Shown piece by piece: positions 15,815 to 29,330 of a stretch of 64,000 bases of DNA (the stretch's first letter is position 1; the number at the start of each line of letters is the position of its first letter). The stretch lies in assembly GCA_964016885.1 (NCBI GenBank), contig OZ024759.1, positions 29,698,001 to 29,762,000 on the forward strand, read 5' to 3'. This DNA comes from Eledone cirrhosa (taxonomy: Eukaryota). Below the pieces are notes generated by a model. That model searched no databases and was not told where the DNA came from. It saw only the letters and a list, made by a program, of their open reading frames with translations. Position numbers and translations under genes: made by a program.

Positions 15815-15896
<82 letters not shown>

Positions 15897-15903
<7 letters not shown>

Positions 15904-16494
15904 ATGCGCATGAAGGACGATAGCTGTATAACAAAGTGCAGGGCAATAAAGATAGACGGTAGCCACGGAATAGGCAGACCTAGAAAAACCTGGGACGAGC
16001 TGATAAACTCCGACCTCACACACTTACACCTCACCAAGACAATGTCACTGGACCGAGACCTTTGGCGGTACTCAGTAATAGAGAAGACCCGCCTTACCTA
16101 AATACAAAGTAAAACCTACTACAGTCAGTAGGCATCTCTAACAAAATACACCCCCGTCCCACCACCCCCACCTCATCCACACCACCCCCTTCTATGTAAA
16201 GTTATGTTGGTGCCACACCATGCAGGCCGAAACAAATGAGATCGTGTAGGTGTCACGACAAAAAAACACACAGTCCACGCTGTAATGTGGCCGTGTAGGC
16301 AACACGGTAAAAACCTCCCAGACCCACACTGTAAATGTGGTTGGTGTTAGGAAGGGCATCCAACTGTAGAAAACCTGCCAGACAGTCCTATGCGAGCAAG
16401 ACAATCACTCTTGCCTCAAGTGGGAATACCCCCGTCCAAACCCATGCAAGCGTGGAACACGGACGTTAAACGTTGATGATGATGATGATGATGA
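15897..16494 (+). mobile_element. 3' fragment of the same RTE LINE
   Basis: [32 protein letters not shown]..., plus a 3' UTR and (GAT)n tail near-identical to 47311-47900. Confidence 0.85.
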
Positions 16495-16512
16495 TATATA
16501 TAGATATATACA

Positions 16513-16552
<40 letters not shown>

Positions 16553-16729
16553 TCTATATATATGTATATAAAATTTCAGGTTATCAATAATGTAGTGATA
16601 ATATATCGTTACGTTAGAGATGAACAGCGTACGTGTAGGTTTGCTCAACGAGTATAAATTATATTCCGGAGAAAATGTAGAAAAGATGAATATAAAATGA
16701 AAGTGCTTTTTTTAAAAAGGAATTTATTA

Positions 16730-16850
16730 GGTATTGACATATGTTTCTGTAACAGACGGAATACCTATGTATCGCTGCTTGCGTAATCATATAATGTTAG
16801 CAAGTATTCGATAGCAAATGTATAATCAGTTGTCACTTCTTCAGAGATTT
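16730..16850 (-). ncRNA. Hammerhead motif with long stem II (stem I degenerate)
   Basis: CTGAAGA-A-GTGACA...~75 nt...TGTTAC-A-GAA-ACATATGT-C; palindromic stem III and GUC triplet, but stem I pairs poorly. Confidence 0.5.
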
Positions 16851-17185
16851 TGGATAAATTGGATAAAATCAGAAAAATTGAAGTATTTATATTAGTAATA
16901 GAGGAAGAAGAGAGGGGATAGTATATGACAGATGGTAATTCAATTTACTGCTAAACAAGTATATAAAGGGTTTCTAATGAACAAAAAGATGACGTGGTTG
17001 CCTAAACACTGTACGGCGTAATTCGGGCTGTTTGTTTGTTTACAAACAAACTAACCGAGCATTATAATAAATGTTTGGTAAACCAATACGTGCATATATA
17101 TATATGTGTGCATGTATGTATATATATATACATACTACTGTACGTCTGTATACATATATGTATGTACGTATACATACATACTTAC

Positions 17186-17290
<105 letters not shown>

Positions 17291-18377
17291 TATATAATGA
17301 TAAGAATGATGATGACAACAAAAGACCACTTCCGAGATCCACCACCACTGACACTACCATCACTACCACTGCTACCACCACCGCCACCATCACTACTACT
17401 GCTACCCCCACCACCACCACCACCACCACCAGGATATTAATAGACATAAAGAAATAAACATAACCTAGTGACATTAACCTTTTTGATAGCAACACACCTG
17501 AAACCATCCTGGTTTTATGCTATGAAAACCACCATTTTAAAAATATTTCTATTCACGAGGGTAGGCTGAAAAGTTGATAGGCTGCCTATGAATATGTATA
17601 TATATATATATATTAAGTATTTCCGTAGAAAAGATGAAGAAGAGTGCTCTATGTATTGTACAGAGCTATTTAATTACATAATAAACAACACAATGCAATT
17701 ATTCCATTACCAAAGGTTTCAAGAAGCTAGACAATTCTGACAGTAACGCCCAGCCTGTTCTTTATTTTATTGACTCCATAAGGATAAAAGGCAAGGTTAA
17801 CCATGGCAGGATTTGTACTCAGAGTCTAAAGGGACGTAACTCTATGCTGCAAAGCATGGTGTCTAACTCTCTACCGATACTGCCAATCCAAAATAATATA
17901 ATATGAAAATGATCGTGTACAGTGCTCAGGTGCACTACAACTTATCAAAGGTGCATGTATAGTACATAGAATAATGTAAAAATGTCAGAAAAGTGAACAG
18001 TCTATGAGTCATGATATACACACACACACACACGTGTGTGCATGAGTATATAGGGTGGAAATATCAGAATATCAGGTGTAGTGTTGCAGAATTTCAGGAA
18101 GTATCGAGGGTTGCATGGATTAAACCAACTATTCCCTCCCCTCACAATTGCAGGCCTTCTGATAAAAATTAAAAACCAATAATCCGCAAAATGGCACCAA
18201 AGCTGACAGTATGATGCTAGTTCTTCAGTGTAATTCTTTTAATAAGAAACAACTAAAAATAAATGTAAAATAATTCTTCATTTCCTGGAAATATTTTTGG
18301 AATTCTTTCTAAAGGCATTTTATTCACAAAGAGTTAATTGAAGCCATTTTAGAAATTGCTTCGCCAAAAGAAATAAA

Positions 18378-18433
<56 letters not shown>

Positions 18434-18654
18434 TTTGCTAGCAGGGAAAGCGGACATTAAAATGATGAGATATATATATATATATACACACACACACATA
18501 CACATGCATATATGTATGTATACATATGATGTATATTTACATATACATATGTGAGAATGTGTATATGTGTATATATATATACACACACACACATATATGT
18601 ATATATATTCATACATATAATATGTGAGTGTGTATGTGAGTGTGTATGTGTGTG

Positions 18655-18703
<49 letters not shown>

Positions 18704-18840
18704 TTATATATACACATATATATATTCTATGAAGAAAAATTAGGTATTTTTTGTCTATTTGCTTTTCACACTTATAATTTTATATCTATATACATATATA
18801 AATATATATTTATATATGGATGCATACACACACTCACATG

Positions 18841-18894
<54 letters not shown>

Positions 18895-19004
18895 TATATG
18901 TTCCAAAATGGCTGACTGATTACACACATGCTTTTTTTTACAAAAAGTTTTTTCTTTTTCCTTCCTTTTCTCACTTTCTATTTTATCTTTTAATTTTCAT
19001 TCCA

Positions 19005-19040
19005 CTTTCTGATGAAGGACTAGTGTCTGAAACATAAAGA
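19005..19040 (+). ncRNA. Hammerhead ribozyme motif (degenerate copy of the 9357 family)
   Basis: CTTT-CTGATGA-A-GGAC tagt GTCT-GAAACATA-AAGA. Confidence 0.45.
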
Positions 19041-19223
19041 CTCTTTACCTAGTACATCAAATGTTAAACTAATATATTTCTTCATTAAACTGCGTTGTTT
19101 GCTTTGTGGGTTCCTTTTTGCATACATATACACACCCACATACACACAGACATACCAAATCATAATATAAAATTAAATCAAATTGTTTAGAACTACAAGT
19201 GAAATCATTCTTTTCTTTTTTTG

Positions 19224-19285
<62 letters not shown>

Positions 19286-19914
19286 AATGAAGTAATTCCA
19301 TCGGAAAAGTCCACAACTATATATATATATATACACACATATAAATACATATACATATACACACATATGTACATATAAATACACACACGAATATGTATAT
19401 ATATATATCATCATCATTTTACGCTCGCTTTTCCCTGCTTGCAAGGGTGGGCCAGGAACTGATTCTGGCTTGATTTCTACAGCTGGATGCCCTTCCTAAC
19501 ACCAACCTCATTTTTACAGTGAGTACTGGGTGCTTTTTTTCCATGGCACCTACACATCGACTTTACAGTGTGTGTGTGTGTTTTACAACTTTCGAACATA
19601 TTTCAAATTTGGAACATATAAATACAAACATATACATATATATACACATACATATATAAACATATATGTACATATACATAGACACACACATTTATATACA
19701 TACATGTATATATATATATATGTATGTATATATATATTACTTCAAAATATTAATAAATATAGACATTCATGTGATCAAATATATTTTATTATATATATTT
19801 CAGAGGTACTGAGCTATTTCAACAGTACGTACTCATCAGATAAAGTTGATGCCTGACATACCTTGACTATGTTTAATCATATGTGTGTATATATATATAT
19901 ATATATACATACAT

Positions 19915-19962
<48 letters not shown>

Positions 19963-20237
19963 AATTAATATCTAGTAACATATATATACATACAGATGCA
20001 TATCAATGCTAGCAAATATATAGGTTTTATCTTAGTAACTTTGTGGTTCAATGCATGGGGTTGCAGAACCTCGATGTCACATGATTGATTCTTTTTGAAT
20101 TTGCGACCGACGCAGAGGCAGTGATTTTCTCAATGGCTAGGAATTCAGTCCATGCTTTGCTATTTTCTATCCACTGAATTATTTTTTAATAAGTTTCCAG
20201 AGTCCACGCTTTGCCTGGATACTTAGATGAGAATAGT

Positions 20238-20317
20238 CTTCCCTGACGACGGAATGATTCTCAATGTTTTCTTCGGAAAATATATTTATTCCATTCCAGA
20301 AACTAATTAGTTGGAAG
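20238..20317 (+). ncRNA. Type I hammerhead ribozyme with extended stem II and cUUCGg loop
   Basis: CTTCC-CTGACGA-C-GGAATG..ATGTTTTC TTCG GAAAATAT..CATTCC-A-GAA-ACTAATTAGT-T-GGAAG; stem I CTTCC/GGAAG, perfectly palindromic stem III, GUU triplet. Confidence 0.82.
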
Positions 20318-20444
20318 TGATATTTTAGTAAGTAAGTTAATTTTATAATTTTCTTATTTTACGTCTCTCATATATATATATATATATAAAATATATATAT
20401 TTAAAATATGTTCTAAAGCTGTAAACACTCACATACATATATAC

Positions 20445-20523
<79 letters not shown>

Positions 20524-20964
20524 TATATATATACACACATATGTATATATGTATGTGAGTGTTTACAACTTTAGAACATATTTTAAATTTGAAACAGGCA
20601 AATCAAAATCAAATTGATGAGGAGAAATAGATGTCCGTAAAATGACAAAATTGTAGGCAATTAAAGCAATATTACAACATGTTTCCAAACATAATAGTTT
20701 TATATATGGAGATATATTAGAGATTTGGTTAATATGACAGGTTTTCTGTTATTAACTCGGAAGAATTTTCATGTTTGTTCTTACAGTTTTTGTTGACTCA
20801 GTTTTTAGTTTTCATTCTGTGGTTTTATAATAAAATAGCATCCCCACTATACACACACACACATATATATATGGAGTATTATGGATATATATATATACAT
20901 ATTGAAATCACAGATTAAAGTTTAAGCAAAGAATCACTGCTTTTACCCTTTATGGGATCTTATG

Positions 20965-21016
20965 AGTTTCAGAAGATCTCTTAAAATGGTGAAAGCAGTG
21001 ATTCTTTGCTTAAACT
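20965..21016 (+). ncRNA. Hammerhead motif, CAGAAGA core variant (degenerate stem II), inside an inverted repeat
   Basis: AGTTT-CAGAAGA-TCTCTTAAAATGGT-GAAAGCA...TGCTT-AAACT; an inverted partial copy lies at 20910-20965. Confidence 0.45.
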
Positions 21017-21646
21017 TTAATCTGTACATATAATAAATATTTGTTCTATGGGTTATATTATAATATCGAATTTATTAGATGTTATTATCATCATATTGTA
21101 TGTTGGGCACCATGCTTTGTGGCATAGAATTATGGCCCTTTACACTCTGAGTTCAAATCCCGCTGAGTTTAACTTTGCCTTTCATCCTTATGGGGTTGAT
21201 AAAATAAAGTACCAGTAAAATACTGGGGTCGATTATATTGACTTCCCCTCCCCCCCAAAATTGTTGGCCTTGTGCCTATATCAGAAACCATTATGGTGGA
21301 TTGGCAGTACCGGTAGAGGGTCGGACGTCATGTTTTGCAGCATAGAGTTACGGCTCTTTATGCTCTGAGTTCAAATCCCGCCGAGGTTAACTTTGCCTTT
21401 CATCCTTACGGGGACGATAAAATAAAGTACCAGTAAAATACTGGGATAATTGCTGGCCTTGTGCCAAAAGTAGAAACAATTATTATTATATTTCATATTT
21501 ATATTATTTATATTGAGAACAATACCTTAACATCAGTATGAGTAGCAAGTTGCAGCCAGTTTGATCAGAAAGATGTGAGAGACTTCTGGCCAGGTACAGC
21601 TGGTTTAAATGCTAAAGGCAAAACATATTTCTGAATAAAATCTTAC

Positions 21647-21790
21647 CTTTTGGTGTAATATTAAGATCTCTATATGGTGAACACCTTCCAAGTATTTCAT
21701 ATAGTACAATACCAAATGAATATACATCTCCTTTAGCGCTGCCTTTTTTCTCTGGGTTTCGTAATATTTCTGGTGCTGTCCATTGAAGAT
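21647..21790 (-). CDS. Gyc76C: Receptor guanylyl cyclase, kinase-homology domain exon (subdomains VIII-IX)
   Basis: tttcttAG|(N)LQWTAPEILRNPEKKGSAKGDVYSFGIVLYEILGRCSPYRDLNITPK+G|GTAAGA; 144 bp, phase 1/1; WTAPE and GDVYSFGI motifs. Not in the ORF track. Confidence 0.95.
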
Positions 21791-22128
21791 CTAAGAAACA
21801 TTATAAAAAAATATGATCAGGTATGTGAAAACAAGAAAAATTTTCTGAATTTTTTGGCACTGTCCAGAAATATATCCAAAATAATATCAGATATGCAGAA
21901 AACAAAACAAAACAAAACAAACAAAAAAAAACAAAAAAAAAAAAAAAACTCTTTTACAAATTGTTACCAAAAGTCAGAAAAATATATAAATAAAACAGTA
22001 AAAATAAAAGCATCAACGAATATAAAAATACACAAAAACAAAACAAACGAAAACAATAAAAATATTAAAAGAAAATAGGAAAAATTTGAATGGAAGAGAA
22101 GACAACAACAACAACGACAACGACGACG

Positions 22129-22171
<43 letters not shown>

Positions 22172-22486
22172 CGAAAACAACAAATTTATCAACGAAAATG
22201 GTAAAACAACACCAAAAGCAACATCTGTTACCAAGATAGAAAAAAAAAAAAAGCCTACAACCCCAAAAGAACAAAAAGCAACTAAAAAATGTTACCAAAT
22301 AAACAGCAACAACAACAAGAAACGAAGCGATCACGTTTTCCTCCATTTGTAACAAAAAAAACCAAAAAAAAACCACCCCAAAAATCAATACAAAACTAAA
22401 TATTAAAAAAATCTATCAACAATGACCACCCTGCAGCAAATAACAAAAATGTGAGAATTTGAGATACAGAAAATACTAGTTACTTA

Positions 22487-23274
22487 TCTATATATATAAA
22501 ACTGTGGTTGTCTGTCTGTCTATCGATTTTTGGCACACATCTCCTCTTAGAATCTCTCACGGAATTGCACCGAAATTGCTATACTTGTACATTGAGCCCT
22601 AGCGAAGACATCGGAAAAAAAAAAATTTCAAATTGACCCACCCTATGTGACGAAATCGAATATAATGTATCGATTTTTGAGCGTAAGTTATCAGTTATTT
22701 CCCTTTGTTCTGTTTACATTGAGCGTCTTACGTAAAAAATTACGCTGGCTTTAACAGTTGTCGAGCCAGCAAAATATTGACCTGCAAAATTCATCAGTTC
22801 GAACACTAAGCTTCCGTTTTGCTTCATTTCCATTTAAAAGCATTTTAAAACAATATTTTTACTTGAAAACAAGTCTATTTAAAGACTACGTAAAACAAGC
22901 AAATATTTCGTCGTTAGGCGTGCAGACAGACAGTCGTGCAGAGAGGTGATATAGGCGTGCAGACAGACATAACTGATAATTTGGTTACGCTAATGTTTTT
23001 CTCTGCGTTGCAGTGTTTACATTTTCGATCTTTGTTAATAAATAACCAGTGCAGTTTCTATCCCCAGCATCCTCTTTTGTTATAACATTTGAGTTATCGT
23101 TATGTTTTCTTAACTTCATAAGGCATATTGTTGGTTGAGGGAATATTAATCAAAAACACCACATGCAAGTCTGCACAGTAGACACTACAGTTTTTAAGCC
23201 AAAATAGAAACTTAACATTGTAACTTTAACACAGCTACTGAGGGACCCCGAGCAACGCCGGGCTTTACTGCTAG
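22487..23274 (+). mobile_element. Non-autonomous Helitron (~790 bp)
   Basis: Begins TC (TCTATATATATAAAA) after a host A; 3' hairpin CCCG-AGCAACGC-CGGG lies ~8 nt before the terminal CTAG, followed by a host T; no TSD. Confidence 0.8.
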
Positions 23275-23799
23275 TATAATATATAGCAACAGGAGTGAGA
23301 GAATAACATCTACGAAATAGTTGGTATTTCTAAGAACGTTAATACAGTTTTCCATTGAAAACAGCTAAGAATGTCGAGAATTTAATAGTAACAAGAACAA
23401 GAAATATCATCATCACCATCATCACTGTTTTACCTCCATTCTGCCATGCTAGCGTGGGTTAGACGGGTTGTTCTGTTGTGGGCAATACCAGGTCGCGTGA
23501 CCATGTCTTGCTCATATGGGAACTGATTTTGGCTTGATTGATTTCTACAGCTGGATGCCCTTCCAAACAACAACCTCATTTAAAGTGAGTCCTGTGTGCT
23601 TTATTTACCGTAGAGCCTACACGACCCTTTACAGTGAGTACTGGGTGCTTTGTTTACCGTAGAGCCTACACGACCCTTTACAGTGAGTCCTGTGTGCTTT
23701 TTTTTACCGTAGAGCCTCCACGACCCTTTACAGTGAGGACTGGGTGCTTTTTAACTGTGGCGCCTACCCATTAATAAAATGGCTATTATTATTATAAAA

Positions 23800-24330
23800 A
23801 CTTTGCCTTTCATCCTTACGGGGTTGATAAAATAAAGTACCAGTAATGCACTGGGTAATTGCTGCCCTTGTGCCAAAAGTAGAAACAATTATTATAAAAA
23901 CTAATGACAGTGGATTGGCAATGTTGGTAAAGGGTCTGACGTCATGCTTTGCAGCATAGAGTTACGCCCCTTTACTTTCTGAGGTCAAATCCTGCCGAGG
24001 TTAACTTTGCCTTTCATCCCTGCGGGGTTGATAAAATAAAGCACCAGTAATGCACTGGGGTAGATTTAATCGACTTTCCCCTCCCCCTAAATTACTGGCC
24101 TTGTGCCTATATAAGAAACCATTATTATGAAAACTAATGACGGTGGATTGGCAGTGTTGGTTAAAGGGTCTGACGTCATGCTTTGCAGCATAGAGTTACA
24201 CCCCTTTACTTTCTGAGTTCAAATCTTGCTGAGGTTAACTTTGCCTTTCATCCTTACGGAGTCGATAAAACAAAGTACCAGTAATGCACTGGGTATCTGC
24301 TGGCCTTGTGCCAAAAGTAGAAACAATTAT
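23800..24330 (+). mobile_element. Tandem copies of tRNA-derived SINE family B (MetaSINE-like)
   Basis: Head GTGGATTGGCAG..GGTAGAG, B box GAGTTCAAATCC, central GCCTTTCATCCTTACGGGGTCGATAAAATAAAGTACCAG (Meta-domain-like). Other copies at ~12480-12900, 21105-21480, 32420-32590 (+) and 39186-39370, 41950-42520, 44270-44395, 57255-57435 (-). Confidence 0.75.
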
Positions 24331-24474
24331 TATGAAAACTAATACAGTAGAACCTCGCAGTACAAGTGGTCCATTGTACCAGTAATTTGCTGTATGAGCC
24401 GAGGCTTGTGCATATTTTTGTCTTGTAAGTACAAGTGGAAATCCGCAGTATATACATGTGTATATATAAATATA

Positions 24475-24503
<29 letters not shown>

Positions 24504-24507
<4 letters not shown>

Positions 24508-24736
24508 CTCCAGTTTACTCAGCTGTAGAAATGAGATGTTAGGGACTGGGGTCCCTATCATTCCACTGCAAAGTGGTCGTGGAGGTGCCACGGCAAAAAA
24601 GCACCCAGCACTCACTGTAAATGAGGTTGGTGTTAGGAAGGGCATCCAGCTGTAGAAATCAAGCCAGAATCAGTTCCCGTCCAACCCTTGCAAGCAGGGA
24701 AAAAGCGGACGTAAAATGAAATGATGAAATGATGAT
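24504..24736 (+). mobile_element. SINE family A copy, 5'-truncated
   Basis: Matches the 3' two-thirds of 48716-49060. Confidence 0.8.
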
Positions 24737-24853
24737 ATATATTAAAAAATATATATATATATATATGTATATAGGAACCAGTAAGACCCCGACAGCTGAG
24801 CTCAAGCCGTACACATACATATATATATGTATGTGTATATATATATGTATGTG

Positions 24854-24915
<62 letters not shown>

Positions 24916-24985
24916 TGTGTGTATATATATATATGTGTGTGTGTGTATGTATATATATATATGAATGTGTATATATATATGTATG

Positions 24986-25026
<41 letters not shown>

Positions 25027-25042
25027 CTGTATATTTATATAG

Positions 25043-25110
<68 letters not shown>

Positions 25111-25119
25111 CTGTATATT

Positions 25120-25238
<119 letters not shown>

Positions 25239-25261
25239 GTATACAAAGAGAAGATAATTAC

Positions 25262-25424
25262 TTCGGAAAAATGCATGTTCATCTTCTCGTCGATAGGTGG
25301 CAGCTCTGATGTGTAGAATTCCATAATCCGTGACCTGTAATGTCCATCGGCTGGAAATGACACAGTTGGAACTTTTCAGGTTACCGTGGGAACCAAGCTC
25401 GCTCTCGTGGATAACTATCATTCC
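25262..25424 (-). CDS. Gyc76C: Receptor guanylyl cyclase, kinase-homology domain exon (subdomains VIb-VII)
   Basis: atacAG|[54 protein letters not shown]+A|GTAATT; 163 bp, phase 0/1; HGNLKSSNC is the pseudokinase signature of receptor GCs. Confidence 0.95.
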
Positions 25425-25708
25425 CTGTATTCCAAATAAGACAAGAAACATATGTTAATTATATATATATATATGTATGTATGTGTGTATATGTATATAT
25501 GTACGTATATATATATATGTATGCATATATGTATATATGTATGTATATATATATATATATATAAATATAAATATAAATATAAGTATAAATATAAATATAA
25601 ATATAAATATAAATATAAATGCTTTGGGAGGGTCATGTTGCCAATAAGAAACACACGCACCAGTTGCTTTCACTCCAAGTTCCACAACCAGATGGTTGTT
25701 TATATATT

Positions 25709-25751
25709 GTCAAAGTTCTTTCGTCACACATTCTGCGACCTCTTCAGTGAC
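25709..25751 (-). ncRNA. Type I hammerhead ribozyme motif (11644 family)
   Basis: GTCA-CTGAAGA-GGTCGCAGAATGTGTGAC-GAAAGAACTT-TGAC, within the inverted-repeat element 25620-25957. Confidence 0.68.
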
Positions 25752-26206
25752 TGGGGATTCTTTTCTTTGTTTTGTGTCTCTCCTTTGGTCTGTCACAGAA
25801 TGTGTGACGAAAGAACTTTGACAATATATGAACAACCATCCGGTTATGGAACCAACCAACCAACCGGAAATTTATAAATTTAATTTATAATAAATTGAAG
25901 TGAAAGCAACTGGTGCATGTGTTTCTTATTGGCAACATGACCCTCCCAAAGCATAACAATATCGGTTTCAACACACGTTTTCAGATAAAGAATCTTGCTA
26001 AACAAATTCAGAAACGACATGTTAAGTCCCTATATATATAGAACAACACACCACATACACATCAGTTTGACAAGCGCACCTCAGCGTGAAAGGTCGTTCT
26101 AAAAACGAAACAATACCTCCTACGTTAACCAAGAACTCCTAAGACCTAACTTAATTTATAAAATAAAAAAAAATTTTTAAGGAAAAAATTTTTTTTTTCT
26201 CATCCG

Positions 26207-26240
<34 letters not shown>

Positions 26241-26429
26241 ATTTTTGGATTTTGTGAAGAAAATAAATTTGTTGAAAGCACATGTGAAGCCATTTTTTCT
26301 CCCCCCCTGTCTTAATATACCTAACTGTACCAAGGATTACACACATTTTCCAATATATATATATATATATGTATGCATATATGTATGGATGTATGTATAT
26401 ATGTATATATATATATGCATGGATGTATG

Positions 26430-26464
<35 letters not shown>

Positions 26465-26615
26465 GTATATATGTATATATATGTATGGATGTATATATAT
26501 ATATATGTATATATGTTTATATATATGTATGTATATATATATATGTATGTATATACATATATGTATGGATGTATATATATATATGTATGGATGTATATAT
26601 ATGTATGGATGTATG

Positions 26616-26651
<36 letters not shown>

Positions 26652-26654
26652 TGC

Positions 26655-27225
26655 TACTGGTAACATGTATCCCAGTACAACCTGTCTCATGGTCGGGTCG
26701 TTGGCGACTAAACTGGCAACCCCACCAAGGTTTCTTGGTGAGGAGGGTGACTTTGGACATCCTGCAGGACTAAAAACAAAACCTGTCAAAGGGCAAAGGA
26801 GCTCTTAAGAGTCAATGGCCATCCAAAATCACCGGGAGAGATGACCCCTTAGCCTTTGTCAAGGCAGAATTCTAGGAGAAGGAAAACTCTGATATAACAC
26901 CTGCAACCCTGATGGTATCCAATGATGTTGACTTGTTCTTCTTTTTGGTAAATATCATCTTGGTTAAGGGAGTGGGACTGGCTTTGTGCAGTGCCTTTGC
27001 TCACTCTAAAAGCTTCACGGCACAGGCATTGCTTTATATCTGGAGATCTTTCTGCACTTGTCGTTACATGGTACCATGGGCCCAGCACTATGTGTCAATG
27101 ATTGTCACAGGTGTAGTGTTTGTACCAGAGTTTTCAAAGTCACACTCGTTCAGCGCATCGGTAGGGGTTCTCCTACATGGATATAAAGTAGTGGCCGTAC
27201 TCGAAAATGAGTTGGCAGCCACCAT
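26655..27225 (+). mobile_element. Non-autonomous RTE/BovB-like element (~570 bp)
   Basis: Near-identical inverted copy at 35239-35808. It carries an RTE-like 5'-UTR motif (GGAGAAGGAAAACTC) and a zinc-finger remnant ([17 protein letters not shown] in the other copy), and has a (TATG)n tail. Confidence 0.6.
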
Positions 27226-27680
27226 GTATGTATGTATGTATGTATGTATGTATGTATGTATGTACGTGAATGTGTGTATGTGTGTTTGTATATATGTATG
27301 TATGTTTTTATGTATGTATGCATGCTTGTGTGTGTTTGTGTGTATATATATTTACACACATACACGCATATATATACAAACACACACATATATATATATA
27401 TATATATGTAGGAGGTGAGTTTTATTGTAGCACAATAAAGCAATGCAAATATCGGATAAGTAGCACTCTACAGTTTATAGGACTGGAGTATAAATAATAT
27501 AAGATCAAAAGATGGTTAAAAGAGTTCCAGGTATTATATATATATACAGTTCTGTACGAACGAGACACGGTCACCCGACTAATCTTGCCTCAAGTGGTTA
27601 AAACCCGTTCATCCCCATGCTAGCGTGGAAGATGGATGTTAAACGATGATGGTGATGATGATACACACACACACACACAA

Positions 27681-27744
<64 letters not shown>

Positions 27745-27834
27745 GGATACATTTACAACCTCACCCACAGACATACACATAAGTCTATCTATCTATATAT
27801 CATATATTATTTAATATACATCGTAGCATAGGAT

Positions 27835-27943
<109 letters not shown>

Positions 27944-28439
27944 GATAAAATTGGAATGTTACTGAGTAAGAATTAAGCTGATGTTGCACAGCAGTATCTC
28001 CATAATTAGCAATCATATGATAATATTTAATTATCTCACAGTGATAATAATACATAGAGTCATTAGTAATAACAATATACAGAGTCGTTAGTGATATTAT
28101 TATAGAGAGTCGTTAGTGATAATATTATACAGCTCCTATACTATGGCCATGTGGTTAGAATGTCTCAGGAAAGAATCATTGGAAAGATTTTACGGGTGAA
28201 ACCAAGAGGTAGGTGACCCAAGGGTAGACTCTGAGCAAAATGGTTGGATAACATCCATGAGCTTGGCTGATCCCACTTGGGGATCCAGTCAGATCAGTTG
28301 GAGACGGTTGCTTCTGACAGGATCCGCTGGAGGAAGTGTTTGAGGACTCTGCACCCATGACCCTCTCAGAAATATGTGGACAAAGAAGACCCTTTATCCT
28401 TCCAGGTTTGATAAGATGAAGTACCAGTTAAATCAAGGA

Positions 28440-28880
28440 TCAGTGGAGGAGGGTGCTGTGAGAGTGTAGTAGCTAAAAGTATGGAAGAAGTTTAGGGAAC
28501 TTCTTCACTCTGTTGACATCAAAAGATTTCTCCCGTCATAGTGTGTGAATTGCTATGTTATATGACTCTAAAACATGAGTTGTGATTGCACCAGACATGT
28601 ACAGGATCGATATTTTATCTCTTTGATCCTTCCAGGATTGATAAGATTCCAGGAAGATTTCATAGAAGTGGTTGATAGCTTCTGCTATCTAGATGATTTA
28701 ATTAGCAGCGAAGGAGGGTGCTCTGAGAGTGAAGTAGCTAGAATAAGGATAGAATGGAAGAAGCTTAGGGAACTACTACACTCTGTTGGCAACAAAAGGC
28801 TTCTCCATCCAAATGAAAGATCAGCTGTATGTTGCTTGTGTGCAAAGTGCTATGCTGCATGGCTCTGAAACATGGGCAGT
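28440..28880 (+). mobile_element. Degenerate RTE LINE fragment (partially duplicated)
   Basis: IEVVDSFCYLDDLISSEGGCSESEVARIRIEWKKLRELL is homologous to the 47699 ORF; frameshifted. Confidence 0.7.
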
Positions 28881-28984
28881 CACTGTATCAGTCACTGTTA
28901 TGTTATTAAGTAATAGTTAAGTAAATGTAGTTATGTTGTGAAGTAATAGTTATGTTATTAAGTAAATATAGTTATGTTGTAGAA

Positions 28985-29330
28985 TAAACAAGGTCCCCTT
29001 GCTTCAGAAAATAAAGTCTCCCTTCTTCAGAAAATAAATTCCCCCTTCTTCACTAAATAAACCCCCTCTTCTTCAGTAAATAAATTCCCCCTACCTTAGA
29101 AAATAAATTCCTCCCTCTTCTTCACTAAATAAATTCCCCCTATTTCAGTAAATAAACTCCGCCTACTTCAGTAAATAAAGTCTCCCCTCTTCACTAAATA
29201 AACTCCCTCTTCTTCACTAAATAAACTCCTCCTTCTTCAGAAAATAAATTCCCCCTTCTTCAGTAAAGTCCTCCTTCTTCAGTAAATAAATTCCCCCTTC
29301 TTCAGTAAACAATGTCCCCTTGTTGAGTAA
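28985..29330. repeat. Degenerate ~24-bp minisatellite (AAATAAATTCCCCCTTCTTCAGT-like)
   Basis: Direct reading. Confidence 0.75.

Noticed and set aside
26155-26260. Long poly(A)/poly(T) stretch
   Set aside because: Looks like low-quality or homopolymer-error sequence rather than a retrocopy tail.
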